From assembly GCA_038748025.1 (NCBI GenBank), contig JBCDJI010000002.1, forward strand, positions 7,089-71,088: a stretch of 64,000 bases of DNA, given 5' to 3'. This DNA comes from Verrucomicrobiota bacterium. GTDB taxonomy: Bacteria; Verrucomicrobiota; Verrucomicrobiia; Methylacidiphilales; JBCBYL01. The notes under the pieces are model-generated. The model did not search any database. It worked only from the letters and a program-made list of their open reading frames with translations, and was not told where the DNA came from. This document shows, piece by piece, positions 43,952 to 54,475 of this stretch. The stretch's first letter is position 1, and each line of letters starts with the position of its first letter. The translations under genes and the position numbers were made by a program.

Positions 43952-45406
43952 ATGAAGAAAGCTAATCCATTCTCGATCGTGATCTTCGGTGCCAGCGGTG
44001 ACTTGACGCGCCGAAAACTGGTTCCGGCACTGTTTGGTCTCTATAAAGAGAACCTGATTCCAAAAGATTTTCAGATCATCGGCTTTGCCCGTCGGGATAA
44101 GACCGACGAATCCTTTCGGCAAGAAATGCTGGAAGGCCTGAAGAAATACTCACGCTTTGCTCCCATCAGCGATGAGGACTGGTCCGATTTCTCACAACAT
44201 ATCTTCTATCACATTGGAAATTTCGATGACGACGCAAGCTATCAACGCCTCGCAGCCCGTCTGGAAGAAAATCAAGAAGCTGGTATAGGCCAGAATTTAT
44301 TCTATCTGGCCACTGCTCCCGAATTTTTTTCCACTGTAGTGCAGTCTTTGCATAAAGTAGACCTCGTTGCGCCCGGGCTACCCTCTCGCACGGTAGTCGA
44401 AAAACCAATTGGTCACGATTATCAGTCTGCCAAAGAACTGGTCGATGAGCTGCAACAGCACATGGATGAATCCTCTATTTTCCGCATCGATCATTATCTA
44501 GGCAAGGAAACCGTGCAGAACCTGATGTATTTCCGGTTTGCCAACTCCATTTATGAACCGATATGGAATCGCTCCATGATCGACCATGTGCAAATTACGG
44601 TGGCCGAGCAGGAGGGTGTTGGCACGCGTGGCGGCTACTATGACGGTGTCGGTGCGATGCGTGATATGGTGCAGAACCATCTGACCCAGTTGCTGACGAT
44701 TACCGCGATGGAGCCACCAGCTTCACTGAACTCCGAAGCACTGCGTGATGAAAAAGTCAAAGTGCTCAAATCCATTCCTACCCCGACGATGGAATGGGTG
44801 TCCACTAATTCCGTGCGAGCACAATATGAAGGTTACATTACGGAAGACCGGGTAGATCCGGACTCGGAGACCGAGACCTACGTGGCTATGAAGCTCTTAA
44901 TCGATAACTGGCGCTGGGCCGGTGTGCCTTTCTACCTGCGCACAGGCAAAGCTTTGAAGACTAAAGCCAGTGAAATTGTCGTCGTCTTTAAAAGGCCACC
45001 TCAGTCACTCTTTGACGATTTTGGAGAAGATGACGTGCACCGCAACCGGCTGCACATCCGGCTGCAACCGGACGAAGGCATCCACCTTTCCTTCAATGCC
45101 AAGGTTCCCGGTAAGAGTCATATGGGATCAGTCCATATGGATTTTAAATACAAAGGGAAATTCGGCTCCTACTCACCAGAGGCTTACGAGCGCCTGCTGC
45201 AGGACTTCATTATGGGAGATTCCACCCTTTTCACCCGTGCCGATGAAGTCCTGGAGGCATGGAGAATCGTAGACGCTATCTACGACGGCTGGAAAAAAGC
45301 TCCCGTCGCCCTCTACCGCAAAGGCACCTGGGGCCCGGCGGAATCTGACGAGATGCTCAAGCGCGACAAAAACGACTGGACCGAACTCAATAAGCAGGAC
45401 AGTTAG
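43952..45406 (+). CDS. zwf: Glucose-6-phosphate dehydrogenase
   Basis: GASGDL, VEKPIG, RIDHYLGKE, RDMVQNH, WRWAGVPFYLRTGK, AYERL. Confidence 0.96.
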   Translation: MKKANPFSIVIFGASGDLTRRKLVPALFGLYKENLIPKDFQIIGFARRDKTDESFRQEMLEGLKKYSRFAPISDEDWSDFSQHIFYHIGNFDDDASYQRLAARLEENQEAGIGQNLFYLATAPEFFSTVVQSLHKVDLVAPGLPSRTVVEKPIGHDYQSAKELVDELQQHMDESSIFRIDHYLGKETVQNLMYFRFANSIYEPIWNRSMIDHVQITVAEQEGVGTRGGYYDGVGAMRDMVQNHLTQLLTITAMEPPASLNSEALRDEKVKVLKSIPTPTMEWVSTNSVRAQYEGYITEDRVDPDSETETYVAMKLLIDNWRWAGVPFYLRTGKALKTKASEIVVVFKRPPQSLFDDFGEDDVHRNRLHIRLQPDEGIHLSFNAKVPGKSHMGSVHMDFKYKGKFGSYSPEAYERLLQDFIMGDSTLFTRADEVLEAWRIVDAIYDGWKKAPVALYRKGTWGPAESDEMLKRDKNDWTELNKQDS

Positions 45407-45480
45407 AATCTCAGATAGTCTGCTGCTATCATCAAAGAGTTGCTGTCAGCATCAGTTTACCAAAATCAAGATTCTTCTCA

Positions 45481-46419
45481 TCATTTGAACATTCTGGATA
45501 CATCCAGAAAAACCGCACTGTGATCGCTGACCTCACGCGGGACATCGCGCACTTCCTGTTTGACTTCCGGATCACCCTCCAGCATGACCATGGCTGCATC
45601 GGAAATCATGATGTGGTCAAAGTCATTGGCTGGGTAGCGGCTGGCCGGTATGGTAAGACGCTGTTCGCGCGGCAGCCCCTCTGCAGCATGATGGAAGCCG
45701 AGATCCTGCAGCATAGCAATAGTGCGATCTTGCTTAAAAGCCGGGTCTTGTGCCGATGTATTGAAGTCTCCCAGCAGTAAAATAGCGTCTTTTTGAGGAT
45801 CCAAACCAAGCCGCTGCCAGTCCCATTGCAGATAATTAACTGCCCTTTGACGGCGAATCAGCGTCTCGGAAATACCGCCGCGATTACTTTTCAAATGGAA
45901 GGCATAGCAGGTTAGCAAATTGCCTTCCGGCAGTTTAAACTGCACACCTAATATACCACGAGATGGACGATCTGGAGTTTCCGGCAACTCAGAAAAATCC
46001 AAAGTCCAGATACTTTCCCAGGGTAATTTACTCATCACTGCCACGCCTTGCTGCGGCAGTTCCGCATTCTCACTTGCAAGCCGCACGATATCCGTGCAAG
46101 CCAGGTAAGGGTAGCGCGGTCTGATTTTTTTCCAGTGCTTGAGATCACGGACTTCGCACGCAAAGAGCACCGTGGGATTCCATTGCTGAATCAGGCCGTT
46201 GACTGCCTTGATCTGAGCATCACGGGAATTCTCATCCTGTTCGACCGGGTGGTGTCCAGGGAACCAGCGGATGTTCCAAAAGCCAAAGGAAACCGAGTCC
46301 GGTATATCCGCAAGCCCGCTTTGAGTATAAGTGGGAGGGGTCGTAACTTCAGGCGGCAGGACCGGTTCTGCCGCAGACGCGGAAGCCATCAAAGTAAGTA
46401 ATAAAAGAAAAGGTTTCAA
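45481..46419 (-). CDS. Secreted endonuclease/exonuclease/phosphatase family protein
   Basis: WNIRWFPG, CEV, HLKSNRG, LGDFN, FDHI, SDH. Confidence 0.85.
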   Translation of the reverse strand: MKPFLLLLTLMASASAAEPVLPPEVTTPPTYTQSGLADIPDSVSFGFWNIRWFPGHHPVEQDENSRDAQIKAVNGLIQQWNPTVLFACEVRDLKHWKKIRPRYPYLACTDIVRLASENAELPQQGVAVMSKLPWESIWTLDFSELPETPDRPSRGILGVQFKLPEGNLLTCYAFHLKSNRGGISETLIRRQRAVNYLQWDWQRLGLDPQKDAILLLGDFNTSAQDPAFKQDRTIAMLQDLGFHHAAEGLPREQRLTIPASRYPANDFDHIMISDAAMVMLEGDPEVKQEVRDVPREVSDHSAVFLDVSRMFK

Positions 46420-46497
46420 AAGAAGCTCCGGGTTCTAGTGTAATTCAATCAAGTTTGCATTGATGGCCACGCCATCTCTTCATAAAACGTTACAGCT

Positions 46498-47301
46498 ATG
46501 CCATCAAAATCCGGTTCCGACAAGTCCTTCGAAGCCATCCGCTTCAATGCAGCATTGGGATTGTTTCTATTCAGCATGATTTTTTTAATCAGTAGCATCT
46601 GGTTTATCTACCAGCACGCGCAGGAACGTGAAAGGCTAGGTCAGGTCATCGGAGATAACCGCCAACTGGTCGAGAATCAACGTTTAATGCAGGGAGCGGT
46701 CGAACAGCTCAGAAACAATCTCGCCCGCCAGAATGACCGGCTCAAAACCAAAGCAGAAGCACTTGCCAGCTCTGAACAGGCCCGTCTTACACTGGAGCGC
46801 GAACGCCGCGAACGCCTGATCCAGATTCAGCAACGTGCGGAAAAGATAGATGCTATACGCAGCCAACTGGCACCGGCACTGAGGGATATCTCCACCCAGA
46901 TTTTTCTGACTCAAGATCAGATCACCATTCGGCTGCCCGGAAAAAACCTGTTTGCCTCTGCAGAGACCACGCTGCAACCGGAAGGCACCGAGATTCTGGC
47001 ATCAGTAGCCCGCATCCTTAATGCGCAGTTGACGGATCTGCCGATCCGTATCGAAGGGCATACCGATGACGTTCCGATCGGTGACAACTTGCAGAATACT
47101 TTCCCGACCAACTTGCATTTATCTGCTGCCCGGGCCAGCGCAGCCGTGGACTTCCTGATCTCAGAAGGTGGACTTACAGCCACATTACTGGAAGCCGTTG
47201 GCAAGGGAGATACTACTCCGATCGCTGACAACTCCACTACCGAAGGCCGTGCTCAAAATCGGCGGATAGACATCATCATCCAACTTGATGCATTGGAGTG
47301 A
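46498..47301 (+). CDS. MotB/OmpA-like peptidoglycan-binding protein with TM and coiled coil
   Basis: IRIEGHTDDVPI, NLHLSAARA, GRAQNRRIDI. Confidence 0.88.
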   Translation: MPSKSGSDKSFEAIRFNAALGLFLFSMIFLISSIWFIYQHAQERERLGQVIGDNRQLVENQRLMQGAVEQLRNNLARQNDRLKTKAEALASSEQARLTLERERRERLIQIQQRAEKIDAIRSQLAPALRDISTQIFLTQDQITIRLPGKNLFASAETTLQPEGTEILASVARILNAQLTDLPIRIEGHTDDVPIGDNLQNTFPTNLHLSAARASAAVDFLISEGGLTATLLEAVGKGDTTPIADNSTTEGRAQNRRIDIIIQLDALE

Positions 47302-48063
47302 ATGACTAGCGGCGAATATATCCTCGCTGCCATTGCGGTTACACTTATCGGCTTTTCGAAGGCAGGGCTAGGTGGCGGAACCAGTATTCTGGCTACACCT
47401 TTAATGGTAGCGGCTTTGGGCTCTAAAACCGCACTGGGTGTTATGCTGCCCTTGCTGATTCTCTGCGACTGGGGTGCCTGCCTCATTCATTTTAAATACT
47501 GGAAATGGAACCCTGTCCTTAGACTTCTGCCCAGTTGTGCGGTTGGTATTGCCGTTGGAACATATTTTCTGGGAAAACTAGACGGTATTTGGCTACAGCG
47601 GATAATTGGAGTAATGTGCATCGGTTTTTGCCTGCTGCAGTGGCTCAAAATAAAGCGGACAAAGGCGTATACTGCCTATTGGAACAGGTCACGACATCTG
47701 GTACTGGGAGGACTTACCGGACTGTCTTCAACGCTGGCGCACGCCGCCGGCCCGGTGGGTGCCATGTATCTGCTACCGTTCAACTTCCCGCCTCGTGTCT
47801 TTGTCGCAACCAGTGTGCTGGCTTTCACCCTGGTCAACCTGCTTAAACTGCCGACCTACTTCTGGCTGGGTATGATTCAGACCGAATCACTTGGAACCTC
47901 GCTGCAGCTGGCTGCGTTTATTCCCGCTGGAATCCTGCTGGGGGTTTATGCACTGAAGCGTTTAAACCCGGACCAGTTCAAACGCGTAATTTATGTGATC
48001 CTGTTCCTCACCGGTCTGGATCTGCTGAGTGGGAAAAGCCTGTTGCAGCTTCTGGGTTCATAA
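47302..48063 (+). CDS. TauE/SafE sulfite exporter family protein
   Basis: GFSKAGLGGG, MLPLLILCD, STLAHAAGP, VNLLKLPTY. Confidence 0.88.
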   Translation: MTSGEYILAAIAVTLIGFSKAGLGGGTSILATPLMVAALGSKTALGVMLPLLILCDWGACLIHFKYWKWNPVLRLLPSCAVGIAVGTYFLGKLDGIWLQRIIGVMCIGFCLLQWLKIKRTKAYTAYWNRSRHLVLGGLTGLSSTLAHAAGPVGAMYLLPFNFPPRVFVATSVLAFTLVNLLKLPTYFWLGMIQTESLGTSLQLAAFIPAGILLGVYALKRLNPDQFKRVIYVILFLTGLDLLSGKSLLQLLGS

Positions 48064-48080
48064 GCCAAATTCGAAACGAA

Positions 48081-49385
48081 TTGAATCGTATGAGATTCCG
48101 CAGACCCCAACGCTCTAATGCCACGATAACCAGTATCATGGCGTGTCTCGTCCTGTCGGCAGATGCCGTGCATACGCTGGCCTTGCCGCGGGAAAATCGT
48201 CCCATCCGCGAATCAGTAGAGTGGCGCACCCTGAATACATACCAACATACACTGACACAAACGATATTCCGGGAACGACTGAAGATCTTCTCTCCGGATG
48301 GTGCCATATATAAATTAATGACATTCCATGAGGATGATTCGGTAAGTCTCTACCAAACGTCTGCTAAGAAAGAGCTGTTATGGCGATTGTATTTTCTGCC
48401 TGCTGATACAAATAACCAAAATGACCCTGCCCTTAGTCCCAACCGGGTGGCAACTTATTTTGGAGCTTCCTGGAAACAACCGTTGCGTGGTCTGACTATC
48501 GGCATTGATCCCGGCCACATTGGTGGTGACTGGGCCAACATTGAGGAGCGGTACTTTAGATATGGTTCGCATGCTCCGGTCAAAGAAGGAGATCTAACAT
48601 GGATCACTGCTCAGCATTTGGCCACTGCACTGCAACTTGCTGGCGCTGAAGTCGTTTTCACCCGAACAGAAGGTGAACCTGCCACGTCATTCCGTCCGGA
48701 TGACTTCAACTATCAGGCGCTGGAGTGGGCCGCGGAAGGCACACGTTACTTCTCCACGCGCTATTACACGTTCCGGTATCGATGGTATCGCGAATTCCTG
48801 TTCTATCGCGTAGCCGAGGTAGTTGCACGTGCCCACCGCCTGAGCCGGCAGCAGCCGGACTTCACCCTCTGTATCCACTACAATGCGGCACCCTGGAGCG
48901 GCCGCCGGCCACGACTTTATAACGTAAAGAAACTGGTCGCCTTCGTGCATGGATCCTATCTGGAAGACGAACTCGAAAGCCCGACTCAAAAATACGAATT
49001 GTTCCAGAAACTCTTTGCCCATGTCTCCCCGGTGGAAATAGAAATTGCAGATGCTGTTACACGGGAAATGGAAGCCGTCATGAAAATGAAACCGGAAAAC
49101 TATGGCGACTGGGCCGCAGCACACCGCGTCAATGACAACCCCTATATCTGGTCACGCAATGTCATAGCAAACCGCCTCTTCCCTGGTCCAGTGATCTTTG
49201 CTGAAGGAGCATACATGAATGATTACGATACCTTTTACCGCATTCAGGCAGGCGACTATGAAGGTGTAAGAAAGATACGGGGCAAAGAATATCCAAGCTT
49301 GTTCCGTGAATTTGCCAACGCCATGGCAGGCGGATTGATCAAACATTTCCGCCAGAAAAGAAAACTTGCACCAACCCAAAACTAG
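48081..49385 (+). CDS. N-acetylmuramoyl-L-alanine amidase (Amidase_3-like); start uncertain
   Basis: IGIDPGHIGG, KEGDLT, LCIHYNA, IFAEG Zn and catalytic residues. Confidence 0.75.
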   Translation: MNRMRFRRPQRSNATITSIMACLVLSADAVHTLALPRENRPIRESVEWRTLNTYQHTLTQTIFRERLKIFSPDGAIYKLMTFHEDDSVSLYQTSAKKELLWRLYFLPADTNNQNDPALSPNRVATYFGASWKQPLRGLTIGIDPGHIGGDWANIEERYFRYGSHAPVKEGDLTWITAQHLATALQLAGAEVVFTRTEGEPATSFRPDDFNYQALEWAAEGTRYFSTRYYTFRYRWYREFLFYRVAEVVARAHRLSRQQPDFTLCIHYNAAPWSGRRPRLYNVKKLVAFVHGSYLEDELESPTQKYELFQKLFAHVSPVEIEIADAVTREMEAVMKMKPENYGDWAAAHRVNDNPYIWSRNVIANRLFPGPVIFAEGAYMNDYDTFYRIQAGDYEGVRKIRGKEYPSLFREFANAMAGGLIKHFRQKRKLAPTQN

Positions 49386-49429
49386 GGACGGAGGCAAGTC
49401 TGTGCAGACTTGCCTCCGTCCCTAGTTTT
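49378..49429. repeat. Perfect 25-bp-arm palindrome (REP-like; probable bidirectional terminator)
   Basis: AAAACTAGGGACGGAGGCAAGTCTG-TG-CAGACTTGCCTCCGTCCCTAGTTTT between convergent genes. Confidence 0.8.
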
Positions 49430-49445
49430 AACGCATAAAAACACA

Positions 49446-50465
49446 TTATCTGCCAGTCTTAAGAATTTCTTGTGCTTTATGAATTACCCGATCGGATTCG
49501 ATTGAACGAAATGACCGTTTCCAGAACTGACGCCGTGTTTCCCACCACCGCTTATTAGTTTCCGCTTTAATGACATGCCCTTGAGTATCGAGCGGTCGCC
49601 AGCGGAGCGGACCGTATTCCGGCTCCCGTCGACCAAAAATAGTCAGCGTCGGACATCCCATAGCGGCAGCCAGATGTGAAGTACCGGTGTCACGACTGAT
49701 ATGTAAGTTACAATAGCTCAACAACCATGCGGACTCAGCCAGATCCAGTTGCCCGCTCAAATCCGACCACACACCACCCAACCCAGCCATTTTCTCCCTA
49801 AGATATATCAGTGCCGGATCATTTTCCGGATGCCCGATTAAAACAATACGGGTGCCGTCCTGAGCTAATGCGTAAATCAACACTGCAAAATGTTCCGGTG
49901 GCCAGCGAAGTGCCAACCGTGCCGCAGTGGGATTGATTGCAATACGCACTTCATCATGCTCCAGCCACGGTGCTTTTTGTTTCAGACGATCATGGGCAGC
50001 CGGATCAGGAGAAATCGATGCTGTCTGAATCTCGTTAAGCGTTTTTCCTGATGTCTCACATAAGAGCTGCCGGCAATATTGCGCTTCATGCATAGTCCCT
50101 TCAGACTTCAGATATGGAAGTGCATCGGTTAACCCTGATGCCTGCACTCCATCGGAGAAACCAACACGAAGGGGAATACCTACCTCTGCGGCCACCTGCT
50201 GAATTTCCACATCGGGATGAAAATGGTAAATTGCAGCAGGGTTTAATTCTGAGATTCGGCGTGTAAGCTCCATACGGTCTGCAATTCCGTTATAAGCAAT
50301 AAACCCATCCACACTTCCTTCCCCGGAGAACACGTCTTCCATGATTGAGCATGCAAGAAGCATGACAGGAGCATCGGGGTAAAGCTCACGCACCAGGGGG
50401 ATACAGGCAGAAGTGATAATAACATCCCCGACACGGTCCGGTCTCGATACGACGACAGGCTTCAC
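49446..50465 (-). CDS. GT9 (heptosyltransferase-like) glycosyltransferase
   Basis: RPDRVGDVII, LRWPPEHF, SRDTGTSHLAAAMGCPTLTIFG; GTG start overlaps the upstream stop. Confidence 0.88.
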   Translation of the reverse strand: MKPVVVSRPDRVGDVIITSACIPLVRELYPDAPVMLLACSIMEDVFSGEGSVDGFIAYNGIADRMELTRRISELNPAAIYHFHPDVEIQQVAAEVGIPLRVGFSDGVQASGLTDALPYLKSEGTMHEAQYCRQLLCETSGKTLNEIQTASISPDPAAHDRLKQKAPWLEHDEVRIAINPTAARLALRWPPEHFAVLIYALAQDGTRIVLIGHPENDPALIYLREKMAGLGGVWSDLSGQLDLAESAWLLSYCNLHISRDTGTSHLAAAMGCPTLTIFGRREPEYGPLRWRPLDTQGHVIKAETNKRWWETRRQFWKRSFRSIESDRVIHKAQEILKTGR

Positions 50466-51460
50466 GAGGACGTCTCCAGCACCCGCCATGCCTCCATCAC
50501 TTGCTCTACGGATATATCATCCATCGCATACCCCGGCAATACCTGTTCAGAAACAGAAGGCGTCAGCTCTGCATGACTTTCCAGCGTTATACCACCATCT
50601 GACGGAGCCCAGCGTGCAGGCTCAGTCGTGCGTGCAAACAACTGTACAAATGGAGTTCCCGTCAACCAGGCATAGTGTGCTACGGCCGTATCCAGCACTA
50701 CACAAGCACGTGCATGGACCAAAGCCAGTAACGTTTCCCGGATCGTTTTGACTACACAAAGTGAATCCTGGGGATAGGCGGAAAGGAATTCACGATTGCA
50801 CTCCAGATCCGGCAGCGGCACGAGGATTTTCACCACTCCTTCTGCCAGTAGTTGCTGAAACAACTTGTTCCAGCTGGCTTTTATCCAGCATTTCGCCGGT
50901 GTGCCTGCAAAGGGAGCAAGTACGAAGGGACGCTGAACTCTGCCCGCCGCAGTCCAGCGTAATTCTGCTGGCATAAATTCTTTCGGCGATGTCGCTCCGG
51001 ATATCTCCCAATCGACCGGAAATCGGCTGGCGAGTATTCGGGTCTGGTGTGCATCCGGTTCAGTATGTGTCTTGTTAAGCATCCAGCTGTGCGCTCCATC
51101 CGGCCCGGAAGTCTGGTGGCATCCGGCAGCCCACAATATCCACTTTCCCAGCAGATCATTGCGGGTAGCAACCAGATCCACTCCCCAATCGAAATGCAGG
51201 TTTCTCAGTTCCCAAGCCTCACATAACGCCTGAAACGAAAGCGAAAATTTTGGAACGTTTCTCAAACGCTCGTATCTGGGATGTTTTAAAGAGGAAAGTG
51301 TTCCAAGCCAGGGTAGTATTTGCTGCCATTCCACATTCGGCGCCCGCACCAGCAGATGGATGTCCGTGTTTTCCCCGAATTTCTGCCGCAACTCCCACAA
51401 AGCCGGCAGTGCCATCACGAAATCACCCAGATGGTCTGCTTTATGAATAAGTATCTTCAC
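50462..51460 (-). CDS. GT9 glycosyltransferase
   Basis: KADHLGDFVMALP, AKCW, LDTAVAHYA, PARWAP. Confidence 0.82.
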   Translation of the reverse strand: MKILIHKADHLGDFVMALPALWELRQKFGENTDIHLLVRAPNVEWQQILPWLGTLSSLKHPRYERLRNVPKFSLSFQALCEAWELRNLHFDWGVDLVATRNDLLGKWILWAAGCHQTSGPDGAHSWMLNKTHTEPDAHQTRILASRFPVDWEISGATSPKEFMPAELRWTAAGRVQRPFVLAPFAGTPAKCWIKASWNKLFQQLLAEGVVKILVPLPDLECNREFLSAYPQDSLCVVKTIRETLLALVHARACVVLDTAVAHYAWLTGTPFVQLFARTTEPARWAPSDGGITLESHAELTPSVSEQVLPGYAMDDISVEQVMEAWRVLETSS

Positions 51461-52611
51461 CAGAGCTTCTGCAAATTATCTACATAGTCTGACCAGAAGC
51501 GAAACTTCCGTTCTTTGGCTTCACGCGAAAGCCTTAAAATGAATTTTTGATCATCCAACATCTTGCGGATGCCATCAGCCAGTGATTCCACCCGCTTCAC
51601 GTCCACCCGATAGCAACCTCCTCCTTGTGACGTTTCAGCAACTGCACCTTCCTGATGACACAAGCATGGCGCCCCAAACCATAAACTTTCTAAAATCGGC
51701 AATCCGAAGCCCTCCACCAGCGATGGATATAAGGTAAATCGGGCCTGCTGATAAAGCCGCTTTACTCCAAAATCACTCATTCCGGAATACCATTCCAATG
51801 GTTTACCTTCCTTGATCCATTTTTTAATTTTCCCGGAAATCTGTTTGCCCTGGCCAGGACCTTCACGCCCCACCAGCACCAACTGAAAATCACGACCTTC
51901 GTCCCACAGCTGTTCACACGCATCCAATAATGCGAGGTGATTTTTACGCGGTTCCAGCGTGGCGACATACGGAATCCGTAAAGTTCGCTCGCGAGTTGAC
52001 TTGAGCTTTGGTCGTTTCTTCCATCCCAGCACTGGATAGATTACTTTTGGCTCAGGTCCTTTTACTGGCACTTCCTGCCAGAACTCCTGTATTGCATCTG
52101 CCGAAAATTCCGAAATCGCAGTGAGCGCATCAAAGCAGGCAAACTGTTGCATGTAATCTTCAAACCGCGTCAATCTTCCGGTCGCGGAAAGATGCGAATG
52201 AGACCAGTTCAAAGCATCGTAAAAGACACCGACCTTACGCACCTCGGGAATCTCAGGAAACACGCGCTGCATCCATTCGATCCGGTCATCCTGAAAGATT
52301 TCGGCCTGCAGAAATACATCTCCGGCCTGCAATTCTTGCTGTAGATCAACCGGGCGCCAGCGATTCCCAATAAACTGTAAGATTCGACTTATTTTTGAGG
52401 TGTATCGCTGTTCCAGGGGAAACAATGATAAATCCCGCAAATGCACATGCTGATTCGGTGTCAGCCGGCAATACGTCTGAAGTGATTCCTGCCAGACTAG
52501 CGGCATTACATCAGAGCGTTTTTTCAGATCCAGATACATGCCTCGCACACAGCGTTGCACTCCGGTCGGTCGCGGCCATTTACAGGAACTAGTAACATCT
52601 ATGTAGATCAT
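51457..52611 (-). CDS. GT4 glycosyltransferase
   Basis: TGVQRCVR, ATLEPRKNH, YPSLVEGFGLPILESL. Confidence 0.88.
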   Translation of the reverse strand: MIYIDVTSSCKWPRPTGVQRCVRGMYLDLKKRSDVMPLVWQESLQTYCRLTPNQHVHLRDLSLFPLEQRYTSKISRILQFIGNRWRPVDLQQELQAGDVFLQAEIFQDDRIEWMQRVFPEIPEVRKVGVFYDALNWSHSHLSATGRLTRFEDYMQQFACFDALTAISEFSADAIQEFWQEVPVKGPEPKVIYPVLGWKKRPKLKSTRERTLRIPYVATLEPRKNHLALLDACEQLWDEGRDFQLVLVGREGPGQGKQISGKIKKWIKEGKPLEWYSGMSDFGVKRLYQQARFTLYPSLVEGFGLPILESLWFGAPCLCHQEGAVAETSQGGGCYRVDVKRVESLADGIRKMLDDQKFILRLSREAKERKFRFWSDYVDNLQKLW

Positions 52612-52621
52612 GGAATGATTC

Positions 52622-53590
52622 TTACACCTGTAGTTGAGAATCAACCATTTCGGTAATGATGGCCTCGAAAGTATGTTGCGGAGACCAACCTAGTATTTTA
52701 TGAGCGCGAGATGCATCACCAACCAGTTTTCTGGGCTCTGCCGGTCGCATAAAGCGCTCATCCTGCACGATCCTGCCATTACTTTCCAACCCTGCCGCCT
52801 GAAAGGCGGTATCCACCACATCCTGAACTGAATGTAACTGTCCGGTTGCCAGCACATAATCGTTAGATTCATCTTGTTGCAGCATTCTCCACATGGCATC
52901 CACGTATTCCAGAGCATATCCCCAGTCGCGCTGTGCAGAGGTATCGCCTAAACAAATTCGATCTGACTTACCCAGTTTAATTTTAGCCACCTCACGAGAG
53001 ATTTTCATAGTCACAAAATTCTCTCCACGGCGCGGCGATTCATGGTTGTAAGCAATGCCATTACACACAAACAAACCATGTGCCTTACGATAAATTTCAC
53101 ATAGGTTCATTGCAAAAACCTTTGCGGCACCATACGGAGAAGTAGGACAGCGGGCAGTTTCTTCGTTTTGTGGAAATTCCTGAACGTCCCCAAAAATTTC
53201 GGAGGTAGAGGCATGGTAAACTCTAGGCGGGTGATCCATGTCGCGGAAAATTTCGAGTAACCTCAGTGTGGCATTCGCAACTTCTTCGCAGGTGGACTCT
53301 GGCATTTCAAAACTGAGACCGGGATGACTTTGACCAGCCAGATGATAAAATTCATCCGGCTCCACTTTCCAGATTATTCTGCGCAAAGTGGTCGCATCCT
53401 GCAGATCCCCGTAATGCAAAAACAAGCGCTTGCCGTAAATTTCCGGATTCTTAATCAGATGTTCAATTCTTCTCCGGTTATAGACACTGGAACGACGGAC
53501 GATCCCGTGAACTTCATATCCCTTATCCAACAGGAGTTCCGTCAGATAAGATCCATCCTGCCCCGTAATGCCTGTAATAATTGCCTTCAT
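52622..53590 (-). CDS. gmd: GDP-mannose 4,6-dehydratase
   Basis: ITGITGQDGSYL, HYGDL, SPYGAAK, NHESPRRGENFVT, RDWG, RPAE. Confidence 0.93.
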   Translation of the reverse strand: MKAIITGITGQDGSYLTELLLDKGYEVHGIVRRSSVYNRRRIEHLIKNPEIYGKRLFLHYGDLQDATTLRRIIWKVEPDEFYHLAGQSHPGLSFEMPESTCEEVANATLRLLEIFRDMDHPPRVYHASTSEIFGDVQEFPQNEETARCPTSPYGAAKVFAMNLCEIYRKAHGLFVCNGIAYNHESPRRGENFVTMKISREVAKIKLGKSDRICLGDTSAQRDWGYALEYVDAMWRMLQQDESNDYVLATGQLHSVQDVVDTAFQAAGLESNGRIVQDERFMRPAEPRKLVGDASRAHKILGWSPQHTFEAIITEMVDSQLQV

Positions 53591-53594
53591 AATA

Positions 53595-54473
53595 CTAAGT
53601 TCCAGAAAGTAACCCTTTCAGGTATTCGGCGTATCCGGTTTTACCAAGGCCCGCGATCTGAGTTTCCAGCTGATTTTTCGTAATCCACCCATAACGGTAT
53701 GCGATTTCCTCCAGGCAGGCGATTTGAAGCCCCTGTCGATGCTCAATTGCCTGCACAAAATTAGCCGCCTCCAACAAATCATCATGCGTGCCTGTATCAA
53801 GCCATGCCGAACCTCGCCCTAGCAATTCCACTTTTAATAAGCCTTCTTCCAGATAGACACGATTCAAATCGGTAATCTCGAACTCACCACGGGGAGAAGG
53901 CTTGAGTGCAGCGGCACGCCTAGGAGCTTGTTCATCATAAAAATACAATCCCGGAACGGCATAATGCGACTTGGGGTTCTCTGGCTTTTCTTCTAAAGAG
54001 GTCACCTTACCGTCCGCATCAAATCCAACCACACCATATGCTTGCGGATTAGCGACCCGGTAGCCGAATACCGTAGCCCCTTTCACCTGAGAAGAAACTG
54101 CCTTTAATTTCTTAGGGAGACTTTCTCCGTAAAACAGGTTGTCACCCAAGACCAGCGCACTGGGCGCTCCATCTAAAAACTCATCTGCGATGATCAAAGC
54201 CTGAGCCAAGCCCTCCGGCTTTGGCTGTTCTGCATAGCAGAAGTTCAGTCCTACTGCAGAGCCGTTCCCCAGTAATTTTTCGAACTGTGACAAATCATGT
54301 GGCATGCTGATGATCAGAATATCACGAATACCGGATAGCATAAGCATGGATATCGGGTAGTAAATCATCGGCTTGTCATAGACAGGCATCAGCTGTTTGC
54401 TGACGACGCGGGTGAGCGGATACAAACGCGTGCCGGATCCTCCGGCTAAAATAATTCCTTTTCTTGTCTTCAT
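53595..54473 (-). CDS. rfbA: Glucose-1-phosphate thymidylyltransferase
   Basis: [45 protein letters not shown]. Confidence 0.96.
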   Translation of the reverse strand: MKTRKGIILAGGSGTRLYPLTRVVSKQLMPVYDKPMIYYPISMLMLSGIRDILIISMPHDLSQFEKLLGNGSAVGLNFCYAEQPKPEGLAQALIIADEFLDGAPSALVLGDNLFYGESLPKKLKAVSSQVKGATVFGYRVANPQAYGVVGFDADGKVTSLEEKPENPKSHYAVPGLYFYDEQAPRRAAALKPSPRGEFEITDLNRVYLEEGLLKVELLGRGSAWLDTGTHDDLLEAANFVQAIEHRQGLQIACLEEIAYRYGWITKNQLETQIAGLGKTGYAEYLKGLLSGT

Positions 54474-54475
54474 AT

